DNA of 64,000 nucleotides from a virus (lineage: Duplodnaviria; Caudoviricetes). The stretch is taken from positions 1-64,000 of the IMG/VR virus record IMGVR_UViG_3300017655_000001; one strand, given 5' to 3'. Both the position numbers and the translations under genes were made by a program. Shown one piece after another: positions 39,213 through 51,244 of the stretch; positions within the stretch are counted from its first letter, which is position 1, and the number at the start of each line of letters is the position of its first letter. Below the pieces are notes generated by a model. It was not told the origin of the DNA, did no database searches, and saw only the letters and a list, made by a program, of their open reading frames with translations.

Positions 39213-40538
39213 TTACTTCTCCTCAACTTTACAAAACTTAATTGAACCGAGCTGTTTGTACCAAGCATTAATCATAAACTGCTTAACCTGATCTTTAGCC
39301 GACTTCTTGCACATCAGCCCATCGTGCCAAGGTAGTAGCACCTCGTTGATAGCCAATGTGTCACAGATTACCTTATCCATAATCTCGCTGTCAACAAATT
39401 GTAGATAAACACCACAATCAGAGAAAAACTTATCTGAAATCAATGAGTTATGCTTTTGCACGGACTCCATAACCTGCTTGAAGTCAACCTCATATAGGCC
39501 ATAATACTTAGATTTGTTTTCATCTGCCGTGTTCCACAGCGTTCTATCTTGGCCAAATTTCTGTGAGAGTGCGTTAGCAGCCTCCTTAATACTAACAGCA
39601 TTCAGCCCAATCATAACAGCCATTTTGATGAGGTTGCGTGCTGGATCATATTTTTGCTTACCGTGGCGCATCTTAAACATCTCAACAGCGGATGGGTCAA
39701 CATGGTATTCCCATAAGTCCACTCCATATGGATCAAAGCCTTCTGGTAGTTGTGCATTGATCTGCTCATAACAAACGTTAGCATGCATTGCAGAGAAATC
39801 AAGGGTTGCTAACTCTTCACCATCAATTTCTAAGAATGGCTGCAAGCTACTCTCCATGGTTTGGATACCGCCTACTGTATTGTACCAACGCCCACCAGTG
39901 GTCAGATTGTTAATGAACACGCGCTTATAGTTCTGGTCTGGTAGATCGATACCTTTCAGCGAAATTCGAGATTCAATCAAAGCAGTATTAAACATTTCAA
40001 TTGTGTTTTTCATCTGACCAACTCCGCTTACGCCTTGGGTATTCATAAGTTTCTTAGTTCCTCGCTCTTTAATTTCTAAGTCAGCATCAACTTTAGACGA
40101 CAAAACCTTATGTAAATCAATATCTTCAAACAGATGTATTAACTTCTCTTTTACCTCTGTGATCGATGTTTCAAATTCTTCTGCTTGTCCATGTACATAC
40201 TTCTTAACACCGCCTATATACAAATCAACGTAACCATCTTGTTCAAGCTTATCCAAAATTCGCATCATTCGGATATAAGAGATTTCTTGTGGGTTATGGT
40301 TATATGTGTTCTTATTCCTTGGAACCTTAATACCCTTAGCCCCGATCTTCAACATCCTAGCTGTGTTGGTGACTAAAGACCTTATTTCTTTTTCTTCCTT
40401 TTTACCATAGATTGATAGTAGATGCAATACTATTTTCTCTAAGCTTCTTGGTTTGTTGTAATAAATATTGAAATGAGTGGATGTTACCTCCTTCCACATC
40501 ATCTCTTGTTCATCTACATCTTTAATGTTAATCTTCAA
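39213..40538 (-). CDS. Family A polymerase-like protein, paralogue 2
   Basis: YKRVF...GGRWY..GGIQ, IDGEELATLDFSAMHA, RNLIKMAVMIG and PWHDG. Collinear with the 8892 protein. Confidence 0.6.
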   Translation of the reverse strand: MKINIKDVDEQEMMWKEVTSTHFNIYYNKPRSLEKIVLHLLSIYGKKEEKEIRSLVTNTARMLKIGAKGIKVPRNKNTYNHNPQEISYIRMMRILDKLEQDGYVDLYIGGVKKYVHGQAEEFETSITEVKEKLIHLFEDIDLHKVLSSKVDADLEIKERGTKKLMNTQGVSGVGQMKNTIEMFNTALIESRISLKGIDLPDQNYKRVFINNLTTGGRWYNTVGGIQTMESSLQPFLEIDGEELATLDFSAMHANVCYEQINAQLPEGFDPYGVDLWEYHVDPSAVEMFKMRHGKQKYDPARNLIKMAVMIGLNAVSIKEAANALSQKFGQDRTLWNTADENKSKYYGLYEVDFKQVMESVQKHNSLISDKFFSDCGVYLQFVDSEIMDKVICDTLAINEVLLPWHDGLMCKKSAKDQVKQFMINAWYKQLGSIKFCKVEEK

Positions 40539-40803
40539 TACTCTTACATCCTCTGATGATAGATAATAATAATGGTTAGTGATAGGTATGTAGTGCTATA
40601 TAAGATATAATCCCGTAAAAACAGTTAAACCCTTGCAGGAGTAAGGCTGTAGCGATTCTGACCCCTGAAAAGGTTGCTTGTAAAGCAGAGATATGTCCAT
40701 CTATTCTACTACAATACGCACAACAGTCTAATTCAATCTCTCTATCATTCTCACACAATTCAATAGAAACATTCTATTTGTATTCCTTGGTAAATGTGTT
40801 AAA

Positions 40804-43479
40804 TTGGTGTCTATCGAAACAAATCAAAGGAAACACATCATGTCTGATTTACTGCGTATGGATTTTATCAACAGTCTTCCACAACCTCTGTGGGTGAGGC
40901 AATGGGGCAGAGAATCGTTTGACTGGCCTGTTTACGACATTTGTGTAGAAACAGGTCTTATCCGAATCGACGTATGCGGTAAACTGGGCAAGCTTCACAT
41001 CTGCGATGTTGCGCAATTCAAAGACGATTACGGCACTGTTTATGATTCAGATGTGTTCTACAGCGATTACGAAGAAAATCCTTGACAGACACAGCCGAAT
41101 GGTGTTTAATTAACACATAGGCAGACAAACACAAGCTCTCGGAATCATCGGAGATGAACATCATGGAATACACGATTTCTATTGACAACCTCATCATCAC
41201 AGCAGACGTACACGCTTACGAAACATCTAGTGGTTATAAAGAGATTGAATATACAATCGAACGTGTATTGGAGCTTGACGAGGATGACATTCCTTATGCA
41301 CTTGACAGCAAAGAAAGTGATGATATTCTGTGTGGGCTTGAGGATGTTGTGAAAACTAAATTGATTGAAGCTATTGAAAAGGGGGAATGAATTGTGAAAG
41401 AGCTTTATGCAGAGATTGAGCGATTCCAAAAACTGAAAGAACGTACAGGTACAAACAAGAGCAGTAGCTATTCTGTGCTATTCCGATTTGATCCGTGGTC
41501 TGATAATGTAACAATCGAACTTGGTGGTTACGATGTGGGTAGCTGGCCACGACATGTTTATGTTGACTCGACTAAAGAGACTCTTCTCCAAGATTTGAAA
41601 GCTAAAGTAGATGAAGCTTATCTTGTTGTGGAAGAAGATGAAAAGGAGAGTGAATTGTGAGCATGAACCTTGCACTCAAGAAAGGTAAGATTGTAGATCA
41701 CGTCATCTTGTACCAAACTCCTACATGGGTCACTAATGAAGCATTAGAATCCAGTAACACGTTTGAATATTACAAGAATTGGGTTCTTGAAGGGCGTCAG
41801 GGTAGGTTTTATGACGCAACACTTGAACACTTTGCTGTTGTTCAAGAACTGCTGGACGATGGTTGGAAGTTTATAATGGTTTAAAACCTCCGTTCCGCGC
41901 CCAAAAACGTACATAGAAACGTTTTCTTGAAGAATCTGTGTACGTAGTAGGGAAGAGAGGAAAACGTTTTAAATAGGCTGTTTTACTAAGGAGAATTTTA
42001 TGGATTTGCATGCAGAAATTATGAATATTCCGGCAAACATTGTACTGACTGGACCCGAAGGTGTTGGTAACGTACACTCAAACCCCTACATCGCCTATAA
42101 AGAGGGTCATAGGGATGCACGACATGATGCTGCTGAATTGGCTTTGAAAGCACAAGCTAGGATTGAGGAGCTTGAGGACATTTTAGCAGCTTTTGTAAAC
42201 TGGCAGACAGACGCAGAAGGTAAGCTGTCAATGCTAGACGATGATGAGCTTTGGCTGAAAGCTGAAGATGTTCTGAATAAGAAATGATAACCGTCATCAG
42301 CTACATCGCATTGCGTTATTTCTTTGACTCTGATTGGAGTGGTATGCTATTGTTGTTGCCAATCTTCTTGGACTTGACTATTTTGAATAAATTTTGAGGG
42401 GTGTTTTATGGCTAGAATTAAATTGCAGTACTTTAAGTCTTCAGGTAAGTGGGGTTACGAAGGCGAACTTGAGTGGGCAGACGATAAATCAATGTACGGT
42501 CTTATTGATCACGTTAAAGACCTAAATCGAAATCGTAAACTGCCAGGTTTGGCTTCTGGTTCTTGGGACGGCCCTATTTACTTAAATACTGACGAACACC
42601 CTATGGGTTATCCTCTCCTGATTTTGGAGTAAATCAATGACTGACAACAATTGGTTTGACATTAAAGTAAAAGCACAATACGATCATATTCAAGAGTTGG
42701 AAGCAACTGTTCGGGAATATGAAAAGTCTGAAGAATGCTGGAATGCTTTGCTTTCCTATGTCCTCGGTCAAGGGTACACTGAAGAGCCTCTTCAATTCCT
42801 GCGCTGCTGGAATGAAGGTGACTTTGATGCATTGCGTGAAGAATGGCCTGATGCACCTAAAGAGATTTATTATGCAGATCCTTTGAATGAGGAACAGAAA
42901 TGAACCAAACAGAACACAAAAGCATTACAGCTTTGATGAAAGCTATTAAGAAAGATATGGAAAGCGGAATTACACAAATTGCTGTGATTGTTGAAGAAGG
43001 CGAAGATAAAGTAGAGAAGAAGTATATTTATAGTCGTCCGTTTGTTAATGAAATTAAGGGAGAAGAGTGATGGCTCATATTTATGAGATTTATTATGAGA
43101 ATAAACAAGGTGATATTGTACACTGTCAAGATGTATATGATGAGCAAGAAGCCCTTCATGAAATTACATCTCTTACAAACGAGTTCCCAGAGAATGAGTA
43201 CTGGTATGAGACTATTTTTGAGGATGAGCAGTGACGTTTACAATTAACATAGAAAATGGAACAAGCCTATATACAGCAGAAGACCTTATTCGCTATAATG
43301 ATGCAGGCTTGCTTTATTGTGGGGATGTTTGTCTAAGTAGTGTGATTGATAAGATTGTTGAGTATTATGAAGAGAAGCTTTCTGAGATGAAAGAGAGTGA
43401 GGGTGAGACTTATTCGGATTATCAAGAAGGCTATCAAGCGGCTGTAAGTGAAATTCGTGGATTTGTTGATAATATGTGA
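40804..43479 (+). other. Run of small hypothetical CDS (40840, 41154, 41394, 41657, 42000, 42408, 42637, 43231 and shorter)
   Basis: Contiguous ORFs with RBSs; promoter TTGACA-17-TTTAAT at 41082-41110. Confidence 0.7.
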
Positions 43480-45218
43480 GGGGAGAAGTGTTGAGTAAGG
43501 ATTATGTAATTGGAAAGAATCCTTGCCCTCGCTGTCGGCGCAGGGGGCAAGACAGGGCAGGCAATAACTTCCACTTCTATGGAGAAGGTCTTGGGGGTTA
43601 TTGCCATGCTTGTGAATACACTGTTCCTAGCGATGATTGGCTAGCAGAACATGGTGAAATTAAAGAAGATGAAGAGGAGTTTGAAGTAGTGGGTAGTTAT
43701 TTTGATAAAGAAGTGAATGAAAAGATTAAGAAGCAAACCGGGGTGGACAGTAAAAATTATCGCGGAATTCGTACTGAAATTTCACGACCATTCGGGGTTC
43801 GTTATGCCTATTCTGAAGAAGACGGCAGTGTAGTTTCTACTTATTATCCAACCACGCATGAATATGAGATTTCAGGGTATAAAGTTCGTCACCATCCTAA
43901 GCGGTTTGAAGGGATTGGGGAGACTGGTAAGGATTGTGAACTATTCGGGCAATTTCGTTTTAAAACGAATTCGGGAACTGTATTGATTTGTGGTGGAGAG
44001 CATGATACCCTGGCTGCTTTTCAGATGCTTTCTGATGCACAAAAGAATAAACAGTATGATCCTGTAGCTGTTGTTAGTCCTACTATTGGTGAATCTGGAG
44101 CTTATAAACAAATTCAGAAACAATACAACTTCTTCCAGCAAGCTAAGAAGATTGTTGTAGCAATGGATTCCGATAAGGCTGGCGAAGAAGCAGCAGAAAA
44201 GATTGTTAAGGTTCTTCCTCGGGGCAAAGTTTTCATTATGAAGATGCGCCTAAAAGATCCTAATCAATATGTAGTGGAAGGCCGGGAACAAGATTTTATT
44301 AATGATTTCTGGCAAGCAAAGCCATATAGCCCAGCAGGTGTTCACGCATCAAGTGGACTTCTGGCAGCAGCTATGGAATACGCGAACTTAAATCAGCTTA
44401 CGCTTCCCCCTTTCATGGCAAAAGCACAAGCAATGTTTGGTGGCGGTTTGGTTAAAAACGAGCTAACTTGCTGTTTTGCAAAGACCTCTGTAGGTAAAAG
44501 CTTGTTTGTAGACTCTATGGTGGTTCATTGGGTTTTGAATGAACCAACTGAAGTCGTAGGTGTCTTATCTCTTGAAGCTACCAAGGATAAATGGGCAACA
44601 AATATCCTTTCAAACTACCTTGGCGTGCGACTGATTAACTTGAAGGGCGAAGAACGGAAGGAGTATCTGTCTCGTGAGGATGTGAAAGCCAAAGCTGAAC
44701 CGTTCTTAATGAAAGAGGATGGTACTCCACGTTTTTGGGTTTGCGATGAACGTGGCGCGTCTGTTGATGTAGTCAAGGAAAAAATCCTTGAAATGATTAT
44801 TCAACTGGGCGTGACTATCCTTGTTGCAGACGTATATTCAGACTTAATGGCAGGCCTCAGTCTGGAGGCGCAAGAGGAGTTGGTAGCTTGGTTTAAAAAA
44901 CTTATCAAAGAATACCCACAAGTAAGTGTAATTCTTGTTTGTCACACTCGGAAAACTGACAACAACTCCCAGTTGACTGAAACTGATATTATTGGCACAA
45001 GTACAATCATGAAGTCTGCTGCACAAACATTCAGTCTTGAGCGAGACAAGCTTGCAGAAGATGAGATGACACGTAATTGTACCCGTGTTACAATTCACAA
45101 GAATCGTCACTTTTCAGATACTGGACCTGCTGGGGTGGTTTATTTTGATAAGGACACCAGTCGGCTGTATGATCTTGATGAATATATGCAACAACATCCA
45201 GAAATTTCGGAGTTTTAA
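43476..45218 (+). CDS. Primase-helicase (T7 gp4-like)
   Basis: Zn ribbon CPRC...CHAC, TOPRIM ICGGEHD...AMDSDKAGEEA, Walker A FAKTSVGKS, LSLE, LVCH and LERDK. Confidence 0.93.
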   Translation: MRGEVLSKDYVIGKNPCPRCRRRGQDRAGNNFHFYGEGLGGYCHACEYTVPSDDWLAEHGEIKEDEEEFEVVGSYFDKEVNEKIKKQTGVDSKNYRGIRTEISRPFGVRYAYSEEDGSVVSTYYPTTHEYEISGYKVRHHPKRFEGIGETGKDCELFGQFRFKTNSGTVLICGGEHDTLAAFQMLSDAQKNKQYDPVAVVSPTIGESGAYKQIQKQYNFFQQAKKIVVAMDSDKAGEEAAEKIVKVLPRGKVFIMKMRLKDPNQYVVEGREQDFINDFWQAKPYSPAGVHASSGLLAAAMEYANLNQLTLPPFMAKAQAMFGGGLVKNELTCCFAKTSVGKSLFVDSMVVHWVLNEPTEVVGVLSLEATKDKWATNILSNYLGVRLINLKGEERKEYLSREDVKAKAEPFLMKEDGTPRFWVCDERGASVDVVKEKILEMIIQLGVTILVADVYSDLMAGLSLEAQEELVAWFKKLIKEYPQVSVILVCHTRKTDNNSQLTETDIIGTSTIMKSAAQTFSLERDKLAEDEMTRNCTRVTIHKNRHFSDTGPAGVVYFDKDTSRLYDLDEYMQQHPEISEF

Positions 45219-45764
45219 ATGGTCGATTGGCGTGAAAGAGTCGAGTATTCAGAGGATAGTCCTTCTGGATTAATTTGGAAAACGAGTGGCCGTAATAGCA
45301 AAGTAGGAACTTCCGTAGGATACATCAGGACATCGAAAAGGGGAGTCCAAAGATGGCAAACCATGATCGGCAGCAAATCATACTTGTGCCATAGACTTGT
45401 ATGGGAACTTTTCCATGGCCCTATTGAAGATGGTCTTACGATTGATCATTTTGATAGAAATCCTTTAAATAATAGGATTGAGAATCTAAGATGCGTTCCA
45501 AATGAAATCAATGTAAGGAATAAAGGGGCCTATAGAAATTCAAAATCTGGAATAACAGGCATATGCTTTTGGACGAGCAGGAATGGGGATGAATACGTTA
45601 CTGCTCAGTGGCAGGATTTAGAAGGGAATAGAAAAGGTAAAAGGTTTCAAATAAAGAAACATGGAAAAGAAGAGGCAATCCGATTAGCTATTGAATATCG
45701 GAATGAGCAAATTAGGTTGCTGAATTTAGAGGGTGCCGGATATACTGAAGCCCACGGAACATAA
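45219..45764 (+). CDS. HNH homing endonuclease
   Basis: YLCHRLVWELFHG, TIDHFDRNPLNNRIENLR, N and SGITGI. Confidence 0.9.
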   Translation: MVDWRERVEYSEDSPSGLIWKTSGRNSKVGTSVGYIRTSKRGVQRWQTMIGSKSYLCHRLVWELFHGPIEDGLTIDHFDRNPLNNRIENLRCVPNEINVRNKGAYRNSKSGITGICFWTSRNGDEYVTAQWQDLEGNRKGKRFQIKKHGKEEAIRLAIEYRNEQIRLLNLEGAGYTEAHGT

Positions 45765-45778
45765 TTTAGGAGTAGGAA

Positions 45779-47887
45779 ATGCTAGGTGAAAATGAGATTA
45801 CGCTAGACATCGAGGCTGATGGCTTTATTTTCGAATCGACAAAAGTTTGGACTGTCTGTGCAACTAATCAGCAGACTGGAGAAAAGATTAAAGTCAATCC
45901 TTTTAAAGATCCATCCGCCAAAGCAAAGCTAATCTCATTTCTTTTTAAGAAAGAAAATCCCACGATTAGCTTTCACTTCGGTCTAGGCTATGATATGTTT
46001 GTATTGCAAAACCTTCTGGACATAAAGTTTACAGTTGGCAGAGACACAATTGAAGGAAAGCCAGTCCAGTTCATTGATACTCTTTATTTGTCAATGTTCC
46101 TTAATCCAGACCGTCAGGGACACAGCATCGAAGCTTTTGGTGAAATGCTTGGACTTCCAAAGATTGATTGGCGTGAAAAGGCTATCGAACTAGGACTGAT
46201 CGAGAAGAATGCACCCGATGGTGCCGAGTTCATGCAGTGGCATCCAGAGATGGATGTTTATTGCGAGCGAGATGTTGATGTAAACGTTCTGGTATATGAG
46301 TACCTTAAAAAAGAATGGCGGGAAGTATATGGCAAGGATTTTACAATTACTGATGCCTTTAAGTGTGGGCAAAAGTCTTTCTATCTTATGTCCTGTCAAG
46401 AATTGTCAGGCTTCAAATTTGATATTCAAGGCGGTAAAAAGCTGGCTGAACGTATTGAACAAATGATGGAAGAAATTCGTGCTGAGGTTGAACCACAACT
46501 TCCACCACGGCCTTTGAAGAAGTCAGAAGAAAAGTATTATGCAATGCCAGCTAAGCCATTCAAGAAGAATGGAGACTACTCAAGTTCTTGGACTAATTTT
46601 GTAGAAAAACATCAAGGAAAAGAGGTAGACGGTGGTTGGGAATTCTACGGTAAAGTTTATACTGTAGAAGCTGGAAAAATGCTTGATGTAAAAATGCCCA
46701 TGGAGATGGCAAACCAAGACCAGATGAAGGATTGGTTCTTGGAAAATGGATGGGAACCCACGCTTTGGAACTACAAACGCGGTCCTGATAACAAGCCATT
46801 GCGTGACCCACAAACACGGCAATTGATTCCAACCAGCCCAAAGATTCAGGAACAAGGTAAAATCTGTAAAAACCTTGAAAAGATGGAAGGTGAAATTGTA
46901 AAGAAAGTGGTTAAGTGGCTTAGTCTCCGTAACCGACAATCTGTTCTTAATGGCTGGCTAGAGAACCCACGCCTTCAGATGGATGGCCGTATTGGTGCTG
47001 GACGTACAGGCATTGCAGCGACACACCGACAAAAGCATAAAACCGTAGTTAACGTGCCTAAAGCATCAGAAAAGGTTCTATTAGGTAAAGAGTTTCGTTC
47101 ACTTTGGATTTCTGAAGACGGCTTCCTTATTGCAGCAGGGGACGCAGCAGCACTAGAGGGTCGAGTACAAGGGCACTATTGCTACAAATACGATAACGGA
47201 GCTACAGCAGAAGAACTTCTAAAGGGCGATGTACACTCTAAGAATGCTCGGTTTGCTTTCTATGACCATGTACCTGAAGTCCGTAAATTTGACATTGCAG
47301 CACCTGAATTTAGTAAAGATGACCCTGTGTTCAAACCTTATCGGGATTGGAGTAAGAACGGATATTATGCCTGTATGTATGGTTGTGCGGGGCCTAAGCT
47401 TGCTGCTACATTGGGTATTCCAGTAAAATTAGGCACCCAGAAGCTTGAAGCATTTTGGGATGCAAACCCAGCCACAAAAGCTTTAAAAGAAAATCTTGAA
47501 AAATACTGGGCAACCGTTGGCCGTGAGAAGTATCTTCCTGCTATTGATGGGCGTATGCTTTGCACTCGAAAGAAATCAGCTTTGCTGAACACCATCTTCC
47601 AAAGCTGTGGCGGGATTACTATGGATTATGCTGGGTGCTTTATGGATTCTTGGCTCGGGGGGTTGAAGTGGAAAGACCGTAAACCATACTATCTATACAA
47701 AGGATACGTTGTTCGGCGGATCGCCTATCAACATGACGAATACGAATTTGAAGCTGAGGAACCTATTGCAGAAGAAATTGCACGAATGATTGAAAAGGCT
47801 ATTGAAAAAGCAGGTGAATACCTTAAACTGAAGGTTCCCCTAGCCGGTGAGGGCAAGGTTGGCAAGTCTTGGAAAGAAGTTCACTAA
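45779..47887 (+). CDS. polA: DNA polymerase, family A, with 3'-5' exonuclease
   Basis: LDIEAD, YCERDV, motif A AGDAAALEGR, motif B SKNGYYACMYG and motif C YQHDEYE. Confidence 0.95.
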   Translation: MLGENEITLDIEADGFIFESTKVWTVCATNQQTGEKIKVNPFKDPSAKAKLISFLFKKENPTISFHFGLGYDMFVLQNLLDIKFTVGRDTIEGKPVQFIDTLYLSMFLNPDRQGHSIEAFGEMLGLPKIDWREKAIELGLIEKNAPDGAEFMQWHPEMDVYCERDVDVNVLVYEYLKKEWREVYGKDFTITDAFKCGQKSFYLMSCQELSGFKFDIQGGKKLAERIEQMMEEIRAEVEPQLPPRPLKKSEEKYYAMPAKPFKKNGDYSSSWTNFVEKHQGKEVDGGWEFYGKVYTVEAGKMLDVKMPMEMANQDQMKDWFLENGWEPTLWNYKRGPDNKPLRDPQTRQLIPTSPKIQEQGKICKNLEKMEGEIVKKVVKWLSLRNRQSVLNGWLENPRLQMDGRIGAGRTGIAATHRQKHKTVVNVPKASEKVLLGKEFRSLWISEDGFLIAAGDAAALEGRVQGHYCYKYDNGATAEELLKGDVHSKNARFAFYDHVPEVRKFDIAAPEFSKDDPVFKPYRDWSKNGYYACMYGCAGPKLAATLGIPVKLGTQKLEAFWDANPATKALKENLEKYWATVGREKYLPAIDGRMLCTRKKSALLNTIFQSCGGITMDYAGCFMDSWLGGLKWKDRKPYYLYKGYVVRRIAYQHDEYEFEAEEPIAEEIARMIEKAIEKAGEYLKLKVPLAGEGKVGKSWKEVH

Positions 47888-47903
47888 TTTCTGAAAATAA
47901 AGC

Positions 47904-47931
47904 TTTACATCCTCACAGATTCGTGTAAAAT
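47904..47931 (+). promoter_or_regulatory. Sigma70-like promoter
   Basis: TTTACA-16-(TG)TAAAAT. Confidence 0.55.
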
Positions 47932-48132
47932 AGATGGGGTAGGGTTTTAAAGATAAGGAGAAAAGATGGAAAAAGTAAAAACACTAGACACAGATTTTGT
48001 AATCAACCTACAAAAAGAAACTCTAGTATTTACACAAGACGACGATCAGTGTAATCTCTCACTGGATTGTCTTTCAGAACTAATTGACACATTGATTGAT
48101 ATTGAAGTTAAAATGAAGAAGGAGAAACAACA

Positions 48133-48318
48133 ATGAAATATGCAATGATTGGTTTGATGTTAGCCGCTCTTTCAGGCTGTGGTGCTGTAGACCGGACAGT
48201 GTCTAAATTTACGGGTAAAGGTTCTGAGGTATGCCAAGACGGCGTCGTATATCTCCAGTTCACATCGGGTACTAGCGTTAAATATGATAAGTTTGGTAAG
48301 ATTGTAACTTGCAATTAA
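48133..48318 (+). CDS. Small predicted lipoprotein
   Basis: LSGC lipobox; two further Cys. Confidence 0.7.
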   Translation: MKYAMIGLMLAALSGCGAVDRTVSKFTGKGSEVCQDGVVYLQFTSGTSVKYDKFGKIVTCN

Positions 48319-48592
48319 TAGGAGAAACAACAATGAGCAAAACCATCTACACTTATGAAATCACTGATCCACAAGTAGGGGCAATTGTTACTGACTTGGA
48401 ATCAAGGTCAATTGCTCGTGAAGAGCTACAGCTTGTAAAGAAACAAGGATTCCCTAAAGCAACCATCCAGCAAAAGAAATATGTACTTGAGACTGTCCGT
48501 CAAGTACGCTAAAGAATTCTAGCGAAAGCTTGAATAATAGCCTCAAAAGTAACGCGATAAAATTAGACGCAATTAAATAGAGAGAAATAAAT

Positions 48593-49282
48593 ATGACTAA
48601 GCAAAAAGTAGAAGTGATTGTCCGTGACCTGCCAAAGAAAAGTGACTTTGAAACTCTGAACATCTATCTGAAGAATGTTCCTGTGTTCTACCCTGTAGTA
48701 CACGAAGCGAAAAAGAAGTATCAGAGTGAAGATCGCGAGTTTAGCGTAACTGCTTTCGTTGACGAAGCTGCTAAAGACCGGTTGTTGGACGAGGTAATGG
48801 TTAACAAGACCTTCGCAGAAGTAGGTGTTTCGAAAACCAGCAAGCCACCTAGGAAGATTAAATACCCACTCTCTTCACAAGTTGAAGAAGGTAAAGCTAA
48901 TTACGATCTGGTAGATGGTCTGTGGGGCTTTAGTGTTGCTAAGGCTGAATTTAGTAAACAAGGTAATCCAATGAGCGTTAATGTGATTGACCTTGAAGGT
49001 AAACCTTTCACTGAGAACGTTGGTAATGGTTCTATTGTTAACCTGAAGCTGTTTGGTTATAAGAATCGTGATAACCAAGTTGTTGTGCAGCTAGACACTG
49101 TTCAAGTTGTAGAGCACGTAGCCTTTGAATCTCGTGGCTCTTCTGACTCAGTAGAGGATGATGTACTTGGTGTCAGTTACAGTGTTAAGAAAGCTGATAA
49201 GCCTGTAGCTCAGCAACCAGCACCACAGTCCGCTCCAGTTGTTGAGGAAGATGAAGGTTTCGACGACACGGTGCCGTTTTAA
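48593..49282 (+). CDS. Probable ssDNA-binding protein (T7 gp2.5-like)
   Basis: VGNGS.VNL...QLDTVQV.E pattern and an acidic tail ending DDTVPF; lies in the replication block. Confidence 0.7.
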   Translation: MTKQKVEVIVRDLPKKSDFETLNIYLKNVPVFYPVVHEAKKKYQSEDREFSVTAFVDEAAKDRLLDEVMVNKTFAEVGVSKTSKPPRKIKYPLSSQVEEGKANYDLVDGLWGFSVAKAEFSKQGNPMSVNVIDLEGKPFTENVGNGSIVNLKLFGYKNRDNQVVVQLDTVQVVEHVAFESRGSSDSVEDDVLGVSYSVKKADKPVAQQPAPQSAPVVEEDEGFDDTVPF

Positions 49283-49329
49283 GGTATAATTAAGCCGCAA
49301 GGACGCGGCAACATTTAAAGGAGAAATTA

Positions 49330-50246
49330 ATGAGTTTTGAACGTGATGCTACAGTAAGTGCTTATCTTACTGCGCATAAACTAGGTCTTCCGGGTTGTAA
49401 AACAGAACTAGACACCTATACGGCTCTAGCTAAAGACTTGCAACGACAGCTTCAAGCTTACCAAGAAACCGCAGCATTAACTGCAAAAGAAGTAATTAAT
49501 CAAATGTTTGCTGCTCCACAAGAACAAGCTTGTTGGCATTTACAACTGACTAAAGACGAATACTACTATCTATCCTGCATTCTGGGCCATTTAGTTCCTG
49601 CTGGTAAGATTAGTAAGAGTTTGCTTGATAAAGTGAGTTTGGATGAGCTTGATTGTGAAGACTTTGATAAGGTGTTGCTAAGCACTACTGAAATTAAACT
49701 AAATGAGGAGAATGTATAATGTCAAAACAAAATGAACTGTATGAACGAGCTAAAGCCCTGTACCAAGAAGTTGTAACCCTTGAACAAGATATTGAAGCAC
49801 TGGCTCAAGACTTCACTTTTGTAAAAGAAGAAAACGAGTCAGGCATTGATAAGAAACTTGTGAAATCAACGCTTAAGGCCGCTGAAACCTATGTTCGCAA
49901 CAATGTGGATAAGGTTGAAGATAAGATTGCCAAAGAACAAGAGTTTTTAGAGCTTTATAAAGAGCTTACTGGCGAATACAACTAAAAAATACAATTAGCC
50001 TCGGAAACGGGGCTTTTTAGTACAAAGGAGGTTAGTATGGGTTGGTCAGGTGGAACACGAGTATTTGATACTGTAGTTGAAGCACTACGAAAAGCTAAGG
50101 TTACAGATAAGCAGTTTAAAACTGTGATTGTAGATTTGAATGAAGTTTTGGAATGCCTAGATTGGGACAATCTTTGTGAGTCAGATTATTATGAAGACCC
50201 TCAAATCAAAGATATTTTTGATCTTTGGGAATATGAGGAGGATTAA
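49330..50246 (+). other. Hypothetical CDS 49330, 49719, 50037
   Basis: ORFs with GGAG RBS; terminator AGCCTCG-GAAA-CGGGGCT-TTTT at 49997-50018. Confidence 0.7.
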
Positions 50247-51244
50247 TGACGGAACTAACATCAATAATTGATCTTGATTACGTAAAGTATGCCTCAGCAT
50301 CTGTTGGTGAAAAACGCAGTATTGTCGTTACACACAAATCCTCTGGTAGGCAAAAAGAGTTCGCCACACGCACAGAGTTTTGGGGTAGAGATAAAGCCCA
50401 TAGCGGCGGATGGCTTGGTGATCTAAACTCAAAACGTGAAAGCCCATTTGCTGTAGATGAGTTTGAAATTGTAGACCTACAAACACCAGAGCCTATTGAC
50501 CATGTTCTGCACATTGCTAAAACACAAGTTGAGAATGATTTAAAACGTTTAGGGACAGATAAGTACAAGGCATTTTTAGGTAAGGGTGAGAGCTTTCGTG
50601 TTGAATTATCAACTTTATTGAAGTATAAAGACAATCGAAAAGAGATGCTTCGTCCTCTTCATATGGATGCTGTTACAGAGTATCTTGAACGTAAGTTTAA
50701 AGCTGAGATTGTGACTTCTATTGAAGCGGATGATGCTTGTGTGATTGAGTGTCAAGACAGTAAGAGTGCTGTTATTCAAGGGCTAGATAAAGATTACTAC
50801 GGGCAAAATTGTAGATTCTTTAACGTCAATAGACCAGATGAGGGGATTCAAGAGTGCAATCAATTTGGCAGGCTCTGGTTAGACGATAAGAACGATGTTC
50901 GTGGTATTGGGAGGATGCATCTCTATTGGCAAATCTGCTCTAACGACACTTCAGACAACTATGCAGCCAATTGTTTTTCAGATAAGAAGTGGGCAGGTAA
51001 ATCAGCTTACAAAGCTTTGGTAGATTGTAAGAATGATGTAGAAGCTTGGAATAAAATGAAAGAGGTTTTCCAACTGCTCTACCCTGAACCTAAAACTGTA
51101 ATAGGCTGGCGCAACGATCCTATTCAAATTACATGGGATTATGTGTTGAATGAAATGTTTATGATGGCTAGAATGCTTAAGTTTGAAGGTGAGAACTTGA
51201 ATGCTTATGATGTGATGGATAAGATGGGAATTGGTTACCCATGA
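50246..51244 (+). CDS. 5'-3' exonuclease (T7 gp6/FEN-like)
   Basis: IIDLDY, FR....KYKDNR, IEADDA, DKDY and DTSDNY. Confidence 0.88.
   Translation: MTELTSIIDLDYVKYASASVGEKRSIVVTHKSSGRQKEFATRTEFWGRDKAHSGGWLGDLNSKRESPFAVDEFEIVDLQTPEPIDHVLHIAKTQVENDLKRLGTDKYKAFLGKGESFRVELSTLLKYKDNRKEMLRPLHMDAVTEYLERKFKAEIVTSIEADDACVIECQDSKSAVIQGLDKDYYGQNCRFFNVNRPDEGIQECNQFGRLWLDDKNDVRGIGRMHLYWQICSNDTSDNYAANCFSDKKWAGKSAYKALVDCKNDVEAWNKMKEVFQLLYPEPKTVIGWRNDPIQITWDYVLNEMFMMARMLKFEGENLNAYDVMDKMGIGYP

Noticed and set aside
45219-45778. Intron or intein between or within the primase and polymerase genes
   Set aside because: Both flanking proteins look complete with their own stop and start. No intein Cys/His-Asn ends were seen in PolA, the helicase or NrdA.
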